From: a virus
Virus record (IMG/VR): IMGVR_UViG_3300029874_000018
Location: 1 to 32,000 of that record
Strand: one strand, 5' to 3'
DNA: 32,000 nt
Below the pieces are notes generated by a model that was not told the origin of the DNA, made no database searches, and saw only the letters and a list, made by a program, of their open reading frames with translations. The translations under genes were made by a program, and so were the position numbers. Numbering within the stretch: position 1 is the first letter of the stretch; every line of letters begins with the position of its first letter. Shown here in pieces: positions 5,952-14,642 of this stretch.

Positions 5952-7349
5952 ATGAGCACTTGCGTTTGTGTTCTTAGCAACAACGGTGAACGCTTAATGC
6001 CCACCATCCGTCTTGGCAAGGTGCGCCATCTTTTGAAAGACGGAAAAGCAAAAATCATTAAGCATCATCCCTTTACTATCCAACTGCTGTATGACAGCAA
6101 AACAAACACACAACCCATCGAAATCTGCGAAGATGTGGGCTACAACTACATCGGCATCAGCGTAAAAAGCGAATCTCACGAATATGTGTCTGCCCAGTAT
6201 GATACATTGCAAGATGAGAAGGAACATCACGATGATTGCCGCAAGTATCGCCGTACACGCAGAAACAGACTGCGTTACCGTAAACCGCGCTTCGATAACC
6301 GCAAACGTGATGATGGTTGGCTTGCGCCCTCTCTTGAACACAAGAAAGAACTCAACGTCAATGTCATCAAGATGTATTGCGAAGTAATGCCTATTACGCA
6401 TGCAATTGTTGAGGTTGGTTCTTTCGATACGATGCTTGTAAAAGCAATCGAGGAAGGCAAAGCCACACCAGAAAGCGCAGATTATCAAAAAGGTCCCCGC
6501 TACAAGTTGGCAACTTTGCGGGAGGCGGTATTCTATCGGGATAACTACACTTGCCAGGTTTGTGGGCGCAAAGCTAATGAAGGTGCAATTTTGCACGTGC
6601 ATCACATGTTTTATTGGAAAGGTCGCCATGGCAATAGTCTCAGCGAGCTTATAACAGTATGCGAGAAGTGCCATACACCAGCTAACCATCAAAAAGGCGG
6701 CAAGCTCTACGGATTTGGTGAAGATATAAAGTTCGCCAATCTTTCTGGTGCGGCGTTCATGAACACCGTGCGCTGGCAAATCGTTAATGTACTTAACGCT
6801 GCTTTTGGAAAGCCGTTCGTCACATTCACTTATGGTGCGATGACCAAAGAAAAGCGGATTGCTCTTCATCTTGAAAAGAGTCATAACAACGATGCGTATG
6901 CAATGGGCAGCTTTCATCCAGTTAACCGCTGCGCGTTTGAACATTATGAAAAGCTGAAACGCAATAACCGCATTCTCGAAAAGTTTTATGACTCGCAGTA
7001 CATTGACATTCGTACAGGAGAAATAGCTACCGGAAAAGAACTCTTCAACGGTAGAATCAGCCGCAGCCATAAAAAGGATTCCGAAAACCTGCACAAGTAC
7101 CGTGGAAAGAGGATTTGTAAAGGGCACCGCGCTCTACGCCGAAAAAAGGTGGCCCTCAATCCCGGAGATTTAGTTTCTCTCAACGGAGAAATTCTTGTTG
7201 TCCATGGCACTCATACCAAAAAGAATGGTTCTGTAAACGTGGAATTCAAAACTCCATCGAGAGGTGGTAAAAAATCCGCAAGCCTTAAAAAGCTGAAAAT
7301 TGTTAAAACGTCAAACCTCATGCATTCTGCGTGGACTAAAGTAGCTTAA
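5952..7349 (+). CDS. iscB: IscB-family (RRXRR/RuvC/HNH) OMEGA protein, active sites apparently degenerate
   Basis: PLMP-like N-terminus (LMPTIRLGKVRHLLKDGKAKI), arginine-rich bridge region (RKYRRTRRNRLRYRKPRFDNR), RuvC-II (IVEVGSFD), HNH (YTCQVCGRKA...LHVHH...SELITVCEKCH), RuvC-III (TKEKRIALHLEKSHNNDAYA). Confidence 0.85.
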   Translation: MSTCVCVLSNNGERLMPTIRLGKVRHLLKDGKAKIIKHHPFTIQLLYDSKTNTQPIEICEDVGYNYIGISVKSESHEYVSAQYDTLQDEKEHHDDCRKYRRTRRNRLRYRKPRFDNRKRDDGWLAPSLEHKKELNVNVIKMYCEVMPITHAIVEVGSFDTMLVKAIEEGKATPESADYQKGPRYKLATLREAVFYRDNYTCQVCGRKANEGAILHVHHMFYWKGRHGNSLSELITVCEKCHTPANHQKGGKLYGFGEDIKFANLSGAAFMNTVRWQIVNVLNAAFGKPFVTFTYGAMTKEKRIALHLEKSHNNDAYAMGSFHPVNRCAFEHYEKLKRNNRILEKFYDSQYIDIRTGEIATGKELFNGRISRSHKKDSENLHKYRGKRICKGHRALRRKKVALNPGDLVSLNGEILVVHGTHTKKNGSVNVEFKTPSRGGKKSASLKKLKIVKTSNLMHSAWTKVA

Positions 7350-7426
7350 AAAACTAAAGAAAGGAGACACGGGGTATTTGGACTTACTAAGTGTGCCTCA
7401 AATGTACTCTTAGTCAACGCATTCCT

Positions 7427-7459
7427 CACCGCCTAAGTCGTAAGCGACTATAGACGGTG
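7427..7459 (+). repeat. dispersed hairpin copy 3
   Basis: CACCGCCTAAGTCGTAAGCGACTATAGACGGTG. Confidence 0.75.
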
Positions 7460-7699
7460 TACCCTGCGCACAAATTTTATGGAATTCGAAAAGCCAATCA
7501 AGCGCCCTATATCGTTAAAGGCTTTCGCCTCTGGGATAAGGTGCTCTATAACGGGCAGGAATGTTTTATTTCGGGACGCAGGACATCGGGATATTTCGCT
7601 TTAAGAAAATTCGATGGTACAACCATTACGAATAGCATTTCATTTAAAAAACTGCGACTATTAGAGCCTGCAACAAACTATTTAATCGAAAGGAAGTGA
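7457..7699 (+). pseudogene. C-terminal fragment of a second IscB-like protein
   Basis: HKFYGIRKANQAPYIVKGFRLWDKVLYNGQECFISGRRTSGYFALRKFDGTTITNSISFKKLRLLE resembles the C-terminal domain of another IscB subtype, with no RuvC/HNH upstream. Confidence 0.6.
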
Positions 7700-7701
7700 A
7701 T

Positions 7702-7742
7702 GGGCAAATCCTCCCACGACTGAAGTCGCGGGTATCCTTGCC
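7702..7742 (+). repeat. IS200/IS605-type end hairpin
   Basis: GGGCAA-atcct-CCCACGAC-TGAA-GTCGCGGG-tatcc-TTGCC. Confidence 0.6.
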
Positions 7743-7824
7743 ATGATTGATGATGCCCCTGAAAAACACAAATCTAAGGGCTGGACCAACGCGATGCCAA
7801 AAACAAACGAAGTTAAAAAGCCAC

Positions 7825-7852
7825 TTGCACAAATGTGCGAACCGCCTAAAAT
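7825..7852 (+). promoter_or_regulatory. tripartite phage promoter, copy 2
   Basis: TTGCAC-N4-GTGCGA-N6-TAAAAT. Confidence 0.75.
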
Positions 7853-7857
7853 AATAA

Positions 7858-7959
7858 TTGCATAACAGATACCATCACTTACCTCCTAATTGAACATTAA
7901 ATTAACAATCTGTCATGCACAAGTAAGCAGACTCTCTTTTGAGGGCCTGCTTCTTTTTT
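7858..7959 (+). promoter_or_regulatory. leader (divergent copy) ending in an intrinsic terminator
   Basis: TTGCATAACAGATACCATC after promoter 2, then GCAGACTCTCTTTTGAGGGCCTGC-TTCTTTTTT. Confidence 0.5.
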
Positions 7960-8005
7960 GTATGTATTGATTAGAAACAAAAATATTTCAGAAAGGATGA
8001 ATACT

Positions 8006-8248
8006 ATGACCACAAATACCAAGAACAGCTTTACCAGGTTCGCGGCTGCCGCAAAAGATTGCTTCTATGTGAATTCTTTTCGCGCAGACTTAGTTCAGTG
8101 CGACAGGGCCTTGAAAATGGACGGCGAGATGCACGTCGAAGCGGAATGCTGGATGAACATTTTGGATGCCCTGGACGATAACGACATCAAGATGTATGTC
8201 GATAACGAATACCGTCCCGGACTTTTGAACCCGTTCCATAAATGGTGA
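8006..8248 (+). CDS. hypothetical protein (GLLNPF family, paralog of 22067-22312)
   Basis: GAAAGG SD; MTTNTKNSFTRFAAAAKDCFYVNSFRADLVQCDRALKMDGEMHVEAECWMNILDALDDNDIKMYVDNEYRPGLLNPFHKW. Confidence 0.8.
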   Translation: MTTNTKNSFTRFAAAAKDCFYVNSFRADLVQCDRALKMDGEMHVEAECWMNILDALDDNDIKMYVDNEYRPGLLNPFHKW

Positions 8249-8270
8249 CGCTCCAAAAACAAGTCAATAA

Positions 8271-8290
8271 CCCACGACTAAAGTCGTGGG
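8271..8290 (+). repeat. solo IS200/IS605-type hairpin
   Basis: CCCACGAC-TAAA-GTCGTGGG perfect 8-bp palindromic arms. Confidence 0.6.
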
Positions 8291-8353
8291 CTTGTGTCAG
8301 TAAGGAATCCCACCAAAAATAAAAAATACCCGAAGTGTGAAAGGAGCATAACA

Positions 8354-8836
8354 ATGCTTAATTCAAACATCAATAAAACCCTTGAAATCAACTCGAATAA
8401 AGCCGTTCTTCTCAGCATCAAGAAGCAATGGCTTGAAAAAATTCTGAGCGGAGAAAAGACTATTGAGGTCCGAAAAACTATGCCGTGGGAAATTAGCTAT
8501 CCTTTTGTAGTATTTTGCTACGAAACCAAAGCTAACGGTGGTGCTGGAAAAGTGACTGCCGCATTTGTTTGCCGTGGCATCAATACACTCGATTGCCTGC
8601 GTGAGCTTCCGGCATATGCTATTGGCACGGAAGTGACCGAAAAGACCGCTCAATTCGTGAAGGACAGCTGCCTTACCGCAAATGAGCTGATTGCATACGG
8701 CAATAAGTCCGGCACTCTTTATTGCTGGAACGTTTCTGATGTCCAATCTATGGATATGTCGCTGCGAGAGCTCGGCGTTAAGCGAGCACCACAGTCCTGG
8801 ATGTATCTGCGGATTCCTGATAACAAGACGTTCTGA
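8354..8836 (+). CDS. ASCH-domain-like protein
   Basis: AAGGAG SD; MLNSNINKT...VLLSIKKQWLEKILSGEKTIEVRKTMPWEISYPFVVFCYETK pattern. Confidence 0.7.
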   Translation: MLNSNINKTLEINSNKAVLLSIKKQWLEKILSGEKTIEVRKTMPWEISYPFVVFCYETKANGGAGKVTAAFVCRGINTLDCLRELPAYAIGTEVTEKTAQFVKDSCLTANELIAYGNKSGTLYCWNVSDVQSMDMSLRELGVKRAPQSWMYLRIPDNKTF

Positions 8837-8933
8837 ACGATGTCTGTTTGGGCTGGCTACGTGTACAAGCCAAACAAAATATCAACTACACGATAAAAAC
8901 ACACTCGAATGAATGATTCATCGTGCGAACAAC

Positions 8934-8970
8934 GCAGACTCTCGATTCTTGAGGGCCTGCTATTTTTTTT
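8934..8970 (+). terminator. leader terminator upstream of 8990 ORF
   Basis: GCAGACTCTCGATTCTTGAGGGCCTGC-TATTTTTTTT followed by CAGGAGG SD. Confidence 0.6.
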
Positions 8971-8989
8971 ATTTCAGGAGGAAACATCA

Positions 8990-9529
8990 ATGATTCTTTA
9001 TCATATCATGGCAGACACCGGATGCCTGCCGGACGATGTTGTTCCGCAGATACCAACGAATCGGATGAAAGGGGAGGACCAGGTAATCCCAAGAATTTGT
9101 CTTGGGCATACCCTTGACGACTGCCTGACCAGCATCGGCATTGCGCATTTTGTCTCAAAATTCCTGCTCGCTGAGCTGCGTCAGAACAAAAAATACTCCA
9201 AGGACATGCCGTTACCGTTCATTGTCCGAATGTACAACATCAAGGACGAAGACCCGAATCTCTTAACTGAGGAAGAAACACAGAAATATGTGGCGGATTC
9301 TGTCGTGACCAGTGAATGCTGGCTCACAAGATATGAGAAGCCTGTCAAAGTCCAAAAGCTCTGGCTTGTGGGTGGTGAAGTTGTTCTTTGGCCCTATATC
9401 GTTGACGGCGTCGTGTACGATTACCCAATCGTCCGTAACTCAATTTGGGCAGACAGCAAAACCTTGCCGGACCCGGAATTTCAGAATCAAATCATGGATA
9501 TCACTCAGAAATGGCTTAACGAAGCCTGA
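8990..9529 (+). CDS. hypothetical protein
   Basis: CAGGAGG SD; 179-aa ORF MILYHIMADTGCLPDDVVPQIPTNRMKGEDQ... Confidence 0.8.
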   Translation: MILYHIMADTGCLPDDVVPQIPTNRMKGEDQVIPRICLGHTLDDCLTSIGIAHFVSKFLLAELRQNKKYSKDMPLPFIVRMYNIKDEDPNLLTEEETQKYVADSVVTSECWLTRYEKPVKVQKLWLVGGEVVLWPYIVDGVVYDYPIVRNSIWADSKTLPDPEFQNQIMDITQKWLNEA

Positions 9530-9551
9530 AAAAGAAGCACATCAAAAGCTC

Positions 9552-9579
9552 TTGCACATCCTTGCGAATTCCATAGTAT
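9552..9579 (+). promoter_or_regulatory. tripartite phage promoter, copy 3
   Basis: TTGCAC-N4-TTGCGA-N6-TAGTAT. Confidence 0.75.
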
Positions 9580-9584
9580 TAAAG

Positions 9585-9689
9585 TTGTACGACAGATAAC
9601 ATCTACTTTGCACACCGCGTGCTCGTACAATTCATAATTCTGTTCTCATTCAAGGCAGACTCATCTTCATGATGGGCCTGCCTTTTTTT
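9585..9689 (+). promoter_or_regulatory. structured leader (three-way-junction candidate) plus intrinsic terminator
   Basis: TTGTACGA-C-AGAT-AAC-ATCT-ACTTT-GCAC-ACCGC-GTGC-TCGTACAA, then GGCAGACTC...GGGCCTGCC-TTTTTTT. Confidence 0.7.
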
Positions 9690-9781
9690 GTTTACAGAAA
9701 AAGGAGGAATTCAAAACAAACCACAAATCTCAAATCACAATCTTCCGCTACAAGGAAAAGACACAAAAAAGGAGTCACAAA

Positions 9782-10609
9782 ATGAAAGTCGAAAAGAATA
9801 ATAACAGCATTTTTCGGAACAAGCATGTCCTGGTTGTCGTCGCGGTGATGTGTATTTTTACCATCATCGCCTGCATGGGTTTTATGCTTTCTGTTCCTGC
9901 ACACGCAGAGGAAAACATAGCTCCCAAAACCGAACCTATCGCTTTTTCCACTCCCATTGAAACGGTGAATGAGCTCGATAAAGCGTTCCCGATAACGGAA
10001 ACTTCCGAAGAAGCACAGGAGGAAATTACAACTGCTGAGGTCGAATCTTCCGATGCTGCAGAACCGGAACCACGGATTGAGACCGCAGAAGCAGCCATCG
10101 AAGAAGCTGAACCGAAACCCGAAACAATTCCAGATAATCTCAACGACAATGAGCTTGAAATCTACACAGCTCTGCGGTCCGCTGGCCTTTCAAAGGCCGG
10201 TACTGCCGCAGTGATGGGCTGCATGTCGATGGAAAGCGGTCTTAAAGCCTCGGCCGAAAACCCTTCGGATGGCGGCTATGGACTCCTGCAATGGACTTAT
10301 AGCCGAAAGACAGACCTTTTCAACTGGTGTTATGGCAATGGCTATGACCCCAACACCGTTACGGGACAGGTGATGTTCTTCGTGTATGAGCTCAATAGCA
10401 CATACAGCAAAGCCGCCAAATACTCATATCCGGTGTACGAAACTCTCACTACAAGCGACAGCCTGGAAGATTGCCTTTCGATGTTCTTCTCCCATATGGA
10501 AGCAGGAACCAACGTGATAATCTCTTCCCGCAAAGTCTATGCAGGAGGGCTGACCACGTTAGACCTGTATCGCAAACGCTTAACTGCCGCTTACAAATAC
10601 TTCATTTGA
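9782..10609 (+). CDS. membrane-anchored/exported phage tail-tip-lysozyme-like muralytic protein
   Basis: N-terminal hydrophobic segment VLVVVAVMCIFTIIACMGFMLSV; C-terminal domain IYTALRSAGLSKAGTAAVMGCMSMESGLKASAENPSDGGYGLLQWTYSRKTDLFNWC. Confidence 0.75.
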   Translation: MKVEKNNNSIFRNKHVLVVVAVMCIFTIIACMGFMLSVPAHAEENIAPKTEPIAFSTPIETVNELDKAFPITETSEEAQEEITTAEVESSDAAEPEPRIETAEAAIEEAEPKPETIPDNLNDNELEIYTALRSAGLSKAGTAAVMGCMSMESGLKASAENPSDGGYGLLQWTYSRKTDLFNWCYGNGYDPNTVTGQVMFFVYELNSTYSKAAKYSYPVYETLTTSDSLEDCLSMFFSHMEAGTNVIISSRKVYAGGLTTLDLYRKRLTAAYKYFI

Positions 10610-10626
10610 ATTAGGAGGAAATCACA

Positions 10627-10962
10627 ATGAAAGCAACCGTTTATCTGTCCCGAAAACTCTTGAACCAGTTAAAGGTAAAAGAAACCGAAAGCAAAGACCT
10701 TATGCTAACCCATAACCTACACAACATCATCATCAACGGTAAGCGTGTTGGCTGCTCTGGCCACATTCAGAACGTTCTCAACAATAAGTGCGTTTACGTC
10801 AGCACCGAAAAGAGTTGCTATCAGCCCTTGTCTGACAAGAACCTGGTTCGCTATGCCGCCAGTATGAAAGATTACTCCTCTGTATCGCTCGGTGCAAAAG
10901 GACGTAATCAGTTCGTGACCAATGATGAGTTGGTTGGAAAAATCATTGATATGCTCCGATAA
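10627..10962 (+). CDS. hypothetical protein
   Basis: AGGAGG SD, 111 aa. Confidence 0.7.
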   Translation: MKATVYLSRKLLNQLKVKETESKDLMLTHNLHNIIINGKRVGCSGHIQNVLNNKCVYVSTEKSCYQPLSDKNLVRYAASMKDYSSVSLGAKGRNQFVTNDELVGKIIDMLR

Positions 10963-10989
10963 GGACATAAACAGAAAGAGAAAAAGCTC

Positions 10990-11160
10990 ATGAAAACCGG
11001 TATCAAGAATCAGATAGTAATAGTATCTGCTGTGGCAGCTGTTCTGCTCATTGTTATGAGCGTCTGTGCAATTGCGGAGAGCATTACCTTTGAGAAGGTT
11101 GCTGTTCTCGCTGCAAGCGTACTTGCCTTGAACAAATACTGCGGCATCCTGTTAAATTAA
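10990..11160 (+). CDS. small membrane protein (56 aa)
   Basis: MKTGIKNQIVIVSAVAAVLLIVMSVCAIAESITFEKVAVLAASVLALNKYCGILLN*; two hydrophobic segments; below the track length cutoff. Confidence 0.6.
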   Translation: MKTGIKNQIVIVSAVAAVLLIVMSVCAIAESITFEKVAVLAASVLALNKYCGILLN

Positions 11161-11172
11161 GGAGAAAAAACC

Positions 11173-11757
11173 ATGAAGAATAAATACAAAGTTGTTGCCT
11201 TGGTTCCTTTGGAGTTCTCTGTTGAGGGAAGCTCCGATTCCAAAGAGGCAATCGAATCCGTCAAAAACATTTTCGAAGCGTGTCGGGATGATAAAGACTA
11301 CGCGGACATCGTTTTTGATGGTATCGAAGAGTCACTTCGTCACGACAGTATCGAGTACAAAGTTGAAGCCGTCCAGCATGAACCTGAGGTGAAGGCAAAT
11401 TCCGATATCCGTTCTGTTGCCTCCGATATCTGCGATATCTTCGAGAACTATCTCGACGAAAACGGTATTTGCATCGTTTGCGATGATGCAGATGAGGAGC
11501 GGAAACGGAAAGACAATGAAAGCGGCGCGATGCTGTACGGCATGGAATATTGGCATCTCGTTGAGGATGTCGAGTTCTGGCTGAGTCACATGAGTGCGCA
11601 GAGAAAGCCGGTCATTACTTCTAAAATTTTGAAGGCGTTCGACGAACTTCTCGTATCCAAAAACCTTGGTAACTCCGTGCCAAGCGGCGATAATCGCTAT
11701 CAACTGCACTCAAAGATTCTGAGTTGCTTGCGTTCTCGTGAGGAGGGGTTGGAATGA
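11173..11757 (+). CDS. hypothetical protein
   Basis: AAGGAG SD, 194 aa. Confidence 0.8.
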   Translation: MKNKYKVVALVPLEFSVEGSSDSKEAIESVKNIFEACRDDKDYADIVFDGIEESLRHDSIEYKVEAVQHEPEVKANSDIRSVASDICDIFENYLDENGICIVCDDADEERKRKDNESGAMLYGMEYWHLVEDVEFWLSHMSAQRKPVITSKILKAFDELLVSKNLGNSVPSGDNRYQLHSKILSCLRSREEGLE

Positions 11758-12284
11758 GCACGAAAGGCTGGAACAGTCTGAAACCTATTACGACCCCTGA
11801 CCAGATGTCCGCGCCGATTCATTGGAACCCAATGAACGAGGATTGGAAAATGCGGCTTGCCAAAAGCCAGATTTACAACACCTCTTCTGGTTTCGATACT
11901 CAAACGCTCGATGCTATGAAGAAGCTGCATGACAAAATCCTCACATTTGGCGGGGATGAAGTCTGCATGACGATGTTCGATGAAGATGCACCAAAAATCC
12001 TTGAACGCGGCCGGTTCTTTTATGGCAGCAGCTATATGAGGAAAGGCCAGGATTGCCAATGCCATTACAATTCTGCACGGCTTTGGTATAAAAACAAAGA
12101 CCGGTGCTTTATTGCAACGGGCTATGCTCTTTCCGAAGACGGGCTCTGGCGCTGTCATTCCTGGGTCGTTCAGCCAATGGCACGCACCGTTCGCGTGTGG
12201 GAAACCACCGTCAAGCGTGTTGCCTATTTCGGCGTGGTTTTGACCAGCGAGGAATGCGAAGACTTTGTCGAGAACAACACATAA
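11754..12284 (+). CDS. hypothetical protein
   Basis: ATGA overlap with the previous CDS, 176 aa. Confidence 0.8.
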   Translation: MSTKGWNSLKPITTPDQMSAPIHWNPMNEDWKMRLAKSQIYNTSSGFDTQTLDAMKKLHDKILTFGGDEVCMTMFDEDAPKILERGRFFYGSSYMRKGQDCQCHYNSARLWYKNKDRCFIATGYALSEDGLWRCHSWVVQPMARTVRVWETTVKRVAYFGVVLTSEECEDFVENNT

Positions 12285-12305
12285 CAATTGGGGAGGTTAC
12301 CCAAC

Positions 12306-13307
12306 ATGGGTGAACAACTACATTTCAGTATGGATGGTGAGTTCCTCACCGCCATTGCACGTGACTGGTTCTGGAATATGGACAAGCCGTATAAAAAGTG
12401 TGAGGAGCTGCTGCTCTCCTGCATGATGGGTGGCAACGAGGAAGAAAAAAGGCATGTTTGCCAGGACATTATCGAAGGCCGGAAAAGACTTGTTGGTGTC
12501 AATGAGTTTGAACTTGTCGATGACAATGTTCATGTTCGTTCCCTCGGGCAGAAGGTTGAGGAGCTTCAACACAGGATGCTGGTCAATCAAATTCGTGAGG
12601 ATATGATTGCACATCCGCTCAATTATGTTGACCGCTTTGCTATGACTGATAGCTATGAAACGCTCTGCACCAATGCAAAACATCATTATATCGATTGCAG
12701 CTATGACGGTATCAAGTGCTTCCTCTATGGGAAAACGGGTTATTCTGATGCATTCAACAACGGTGCATGGCTTTTTACCCACCCAGACCTTGTTGCAGAA
12801 TTCAATGGAGAACCGCTTCCTGAGCAGGAATCCAACCCGGAATTCTACAAAACCGATTTTTGGACCAAGCTTGCCTCTTGGATTGAAGCAAACATGAAAG
12901 GCACATCCGTTGAGCGCCGTCAGCGACTGTACAACAGCTATATCAGTGATAGACCCATTCAGCATCAGCTGACCGAATATGGTCTGATTGCTCCCGATGG
13001 CACCTGGTATGCCTGCGAGTTTGGCGAGCACGCTGCCCTGGCTGGCCGCATCATCATGCGCAATCGAGAAGCGTTTGGTCTTTCTGACCATGAAGTTCTC
13101 AATATGGCGTATGACTGGAGCGGCAAGGGTCTCGATTTCCTATATAAACGCAGTTGGATTGCCATTCGTAATCCTTCGATGGGCAATACATTCCTCGATA
13201 TGGATGAGACCAAAACCGCAACAAAAGCTCAAGTAAATACCATTTTTGACTATATTTCTAAATTCAACCGCTATGACATGAATGTTTCCAAGGTCATGGC
13301 TGACTAA
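12306..13307 (+). CDS. hypothetical protein
   Basis: GGGGAGG SD before ATG at 12306, 333 aa. Confidence 0.8.
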   Translation: MGEQLHFSMDGEFLTAIARDWFWNMDKPYKKCEELLLSCMMGGNEEEKRHVCQDIIEGRKRLVGVNEFELVDDNVHVRSLGQKVEELQHRMLVNQIREDMIAHPLNYVDRFAMTDSYETLCTNAKHHYIDCSYDGIKCFLYGKTGYSDAFNNGAWLFTHPDLVAEFNGEPLPEQESNPEFYKTDFWTKLASWIEANMKGTSVERRQRLYNSYISDRPIQHQLTEYGLIAPDGTWYACEFGEHAALAGRIIMRNREAFGLSDHEVLNMAYDWSGKGLDFLYKRSWIAIRNPSMGNTFLDMDETKTATKAQVNTIFDYISKFNRYDMNVSKVMAD

Positions 13308-13324
13308 AAAAGGAGATTTTTATT

Positions 13325-13900
13325 ATGACTTCCAATATGACTATGACCGCTATTTCCATCTGTAATTTTCTGAAACTCATCGTGAAAAGCACGGTTGAGC
13401 ATTACACCGAGGATTTCAAGCTGGACATAAAGATTTTTAAGCGCTATGCAAAAGAAGCGCAGGAAACTGGAAAGCCCGTATCGATGCTCTGGTTCTGCCG
13501 CTCTTGTGGAACGTATCTCTGCCCTGAGGAAGATGCGTACAAGAAAGATACTCCCATGTTCATCACGTTCAAATACTATGATGAGCAGGAAGAGGAAGAA
13601 GCCCGGACCATTAAGGCTTTTCTGGTCACTGTGACAGGGATGGAAGGACAAAAGCCAGTTGGCTATATCACTCCCATCAACTATGCGGATGAATGTGACC
13701 GCATTCGCCGTTACGCAGTACCTGCCGAAAAGGTCGAGCTTGTCTATGATAAAGGTTCCCTTGTCCAGAACAATGGCAACTATACGATTCTGAAACATCC
13801 CAAGCTTGGTACACTTCAGAAAACGAAATTCTTGGCCGATGACCCTGACGCGCTTGATTATGCGCTGCATATGGCTCGCAATGAGAGAAAGGCAGGGTGA
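13325..13900 (+). CDS. hypothetical protein with CxxC (FCRSCGTYLC)
   Basis: 191-aa ORF. Confidence 0.75.
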   Translation: MTSNMTMTAISICNFLKLIVKSTVEHYTEDFKLDIKIFKRYAKEAQETGKPVSMLWFCRSCGTYLCPEEDAYKKDTPMFITFKYYDEQEEEEARTIKAFLVTVTGMEGQKPVGYITPINYADECDRIRRYAVPAEKVELVYDKGSLVQNNGNYTILKHPKLGTLQKTKFLADDPDALDYALHMARNERKAG

Positions 13901-13905
13901 CAGCC

Positions 13906-14181
13906 ATGAAAACGATGGTTGAATTAACCCACGATGAAGCCCAAAACCATTTGGCGTACGCTCTGATTTGCGAAACGATGGAAGGAGCCTTTTGGAATTC
14001 CGGACGTCGCCGTAGAATGTACAACAAGACGTTCACTGAAACTGAACAACGGCAGATTCCCCGCATCAAAGCTGCTGCACATAAATGGTGTCTCGTCACT
14101 GGCGTTCCTGAAAAGGTACGCATGAAAACCAGCACCTATTTGCTGTGGCAAAAGCTCGCGATGTTCTGCGCTGAAATTTAA
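13906..14181 (+). CDS. hypothetical protein
   Basis: 91-aa ORF closely following the previous CDS. Confidence 0.7.
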   Translation: MKTMVELTHDEAQNHLAYALICETMEGAFWNSGRRRRMYNKTFTETEQRQIPRIKAAAHKWCLVTGVPEKVRMKTSTYLLWQKLAMFCAEI

Positions 14182-14189
14182 TTTTTCAT

Positions 14190-14222
14190 TACCGCTGCCC
14201 ATTTGGGTGGCGGTTTTTTGTT
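14190..14222 (+). terminator. intrinsic terminator
   Basis: ACCGCTGCCC-ATTT-GGGTGGCGGTTTTTTG. Confidence 0.75.
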
Positions 14223-14248
14223 GCGGATTTATGCGAACGGGTTAAGAT
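14221..14248 (+). promoter_or_regulatory. tripartite phage promoter, copy 4
   Basis: TTGCGG-N4-ATGCGA-N6-TAAGAT. Confidence 0.65.
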
Positions 14249-14253
14249 ATAAA

Positions 14254-14351
14254 TTGTACGATAGATAACAGATATTGAAAAGGCATCCTGCCCTTCGCAC
14301 ACTTAACAATGCGCTTTAGGCGAACTTCCCATTTGGGCGGTTCGCCTTTTT
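14254..14351 (+). promoter_or_regulatory. leader with TTGTACGATAGATAACA box plus intrinsic terminator
   Basis: Box at 14254-14270; terminator GGCGAAC-TTCCCATTTGGGCG-GTTCGCC-TTTTT. Confidence 0.6.
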
Positions 14352-14383
14352 GCGTATAATATAAAAGAAAGGACGTAATCCAA

Positions 14384-14623
14384 ATGAATGAGTACGAAGC
14401 AACAATACAAATCAACCCAACCGACGACATCAAGTTCATGCTTGAGGAGTCCGGCTGCTATGAGTCTGAAATTGAAATGATGAAGGCCGGTGGCACCTAT
14501 GATGCGTTTGTCAAGCGTGTCCATGATGCCATCGACTGGTCTCATCTGTTTGAGCGTATGGCTCAGATGGAAAACGAAACCATCACAGCGACTATCGACA
14601 AATTGTCTGATAGCATGATTTAA
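14384..14623 (+). CDS. hypothetical protein
   Basis: 79-aa ORF. Confidence 0.7.
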   Translation: MNEYEATIQINPTDDIKFMLEESGCYESEIEMMKAGGTYDAFVKRVHDAIDWSHLFERMAQMENETITATIDKLSDSMI

Positions 14624-14642
14624 TTATCAGGAGGTAAATACT

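Larger units (their letters stand above)
5641..7742 (+). mobile_element. IS200/IS605-type OMEGA element without tnpA, containing iscB and an IscB C-terminal remnant
   Basis: Putative omegaRNA + iscB + IscB C-terminal fragment + end hairpin GGGCAA...CCCACGAC-TGAA-GTCGCGGG...TTGCC. No TnpA ORF found. Exact ends unproven. Confidence 0.5.

Noticed and set aside
5994-7127. 377-aa minus-strand ORF
   Set aside because: Antisense to iscB, whose motifs validate the + strand frame.
8921-8940. GTGCGA near 8923 as another tripartite promoter
   Set aside because: TGCGA is present but there is no TTG box 4 nt upstream and no TAnnAT after N6; it sits within the leader/terminator region.
12318-13091. 257-aa minus-strand ORF
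   Set aside because: Antisense to the SD-preceded + strand CDS in a continuous operon.
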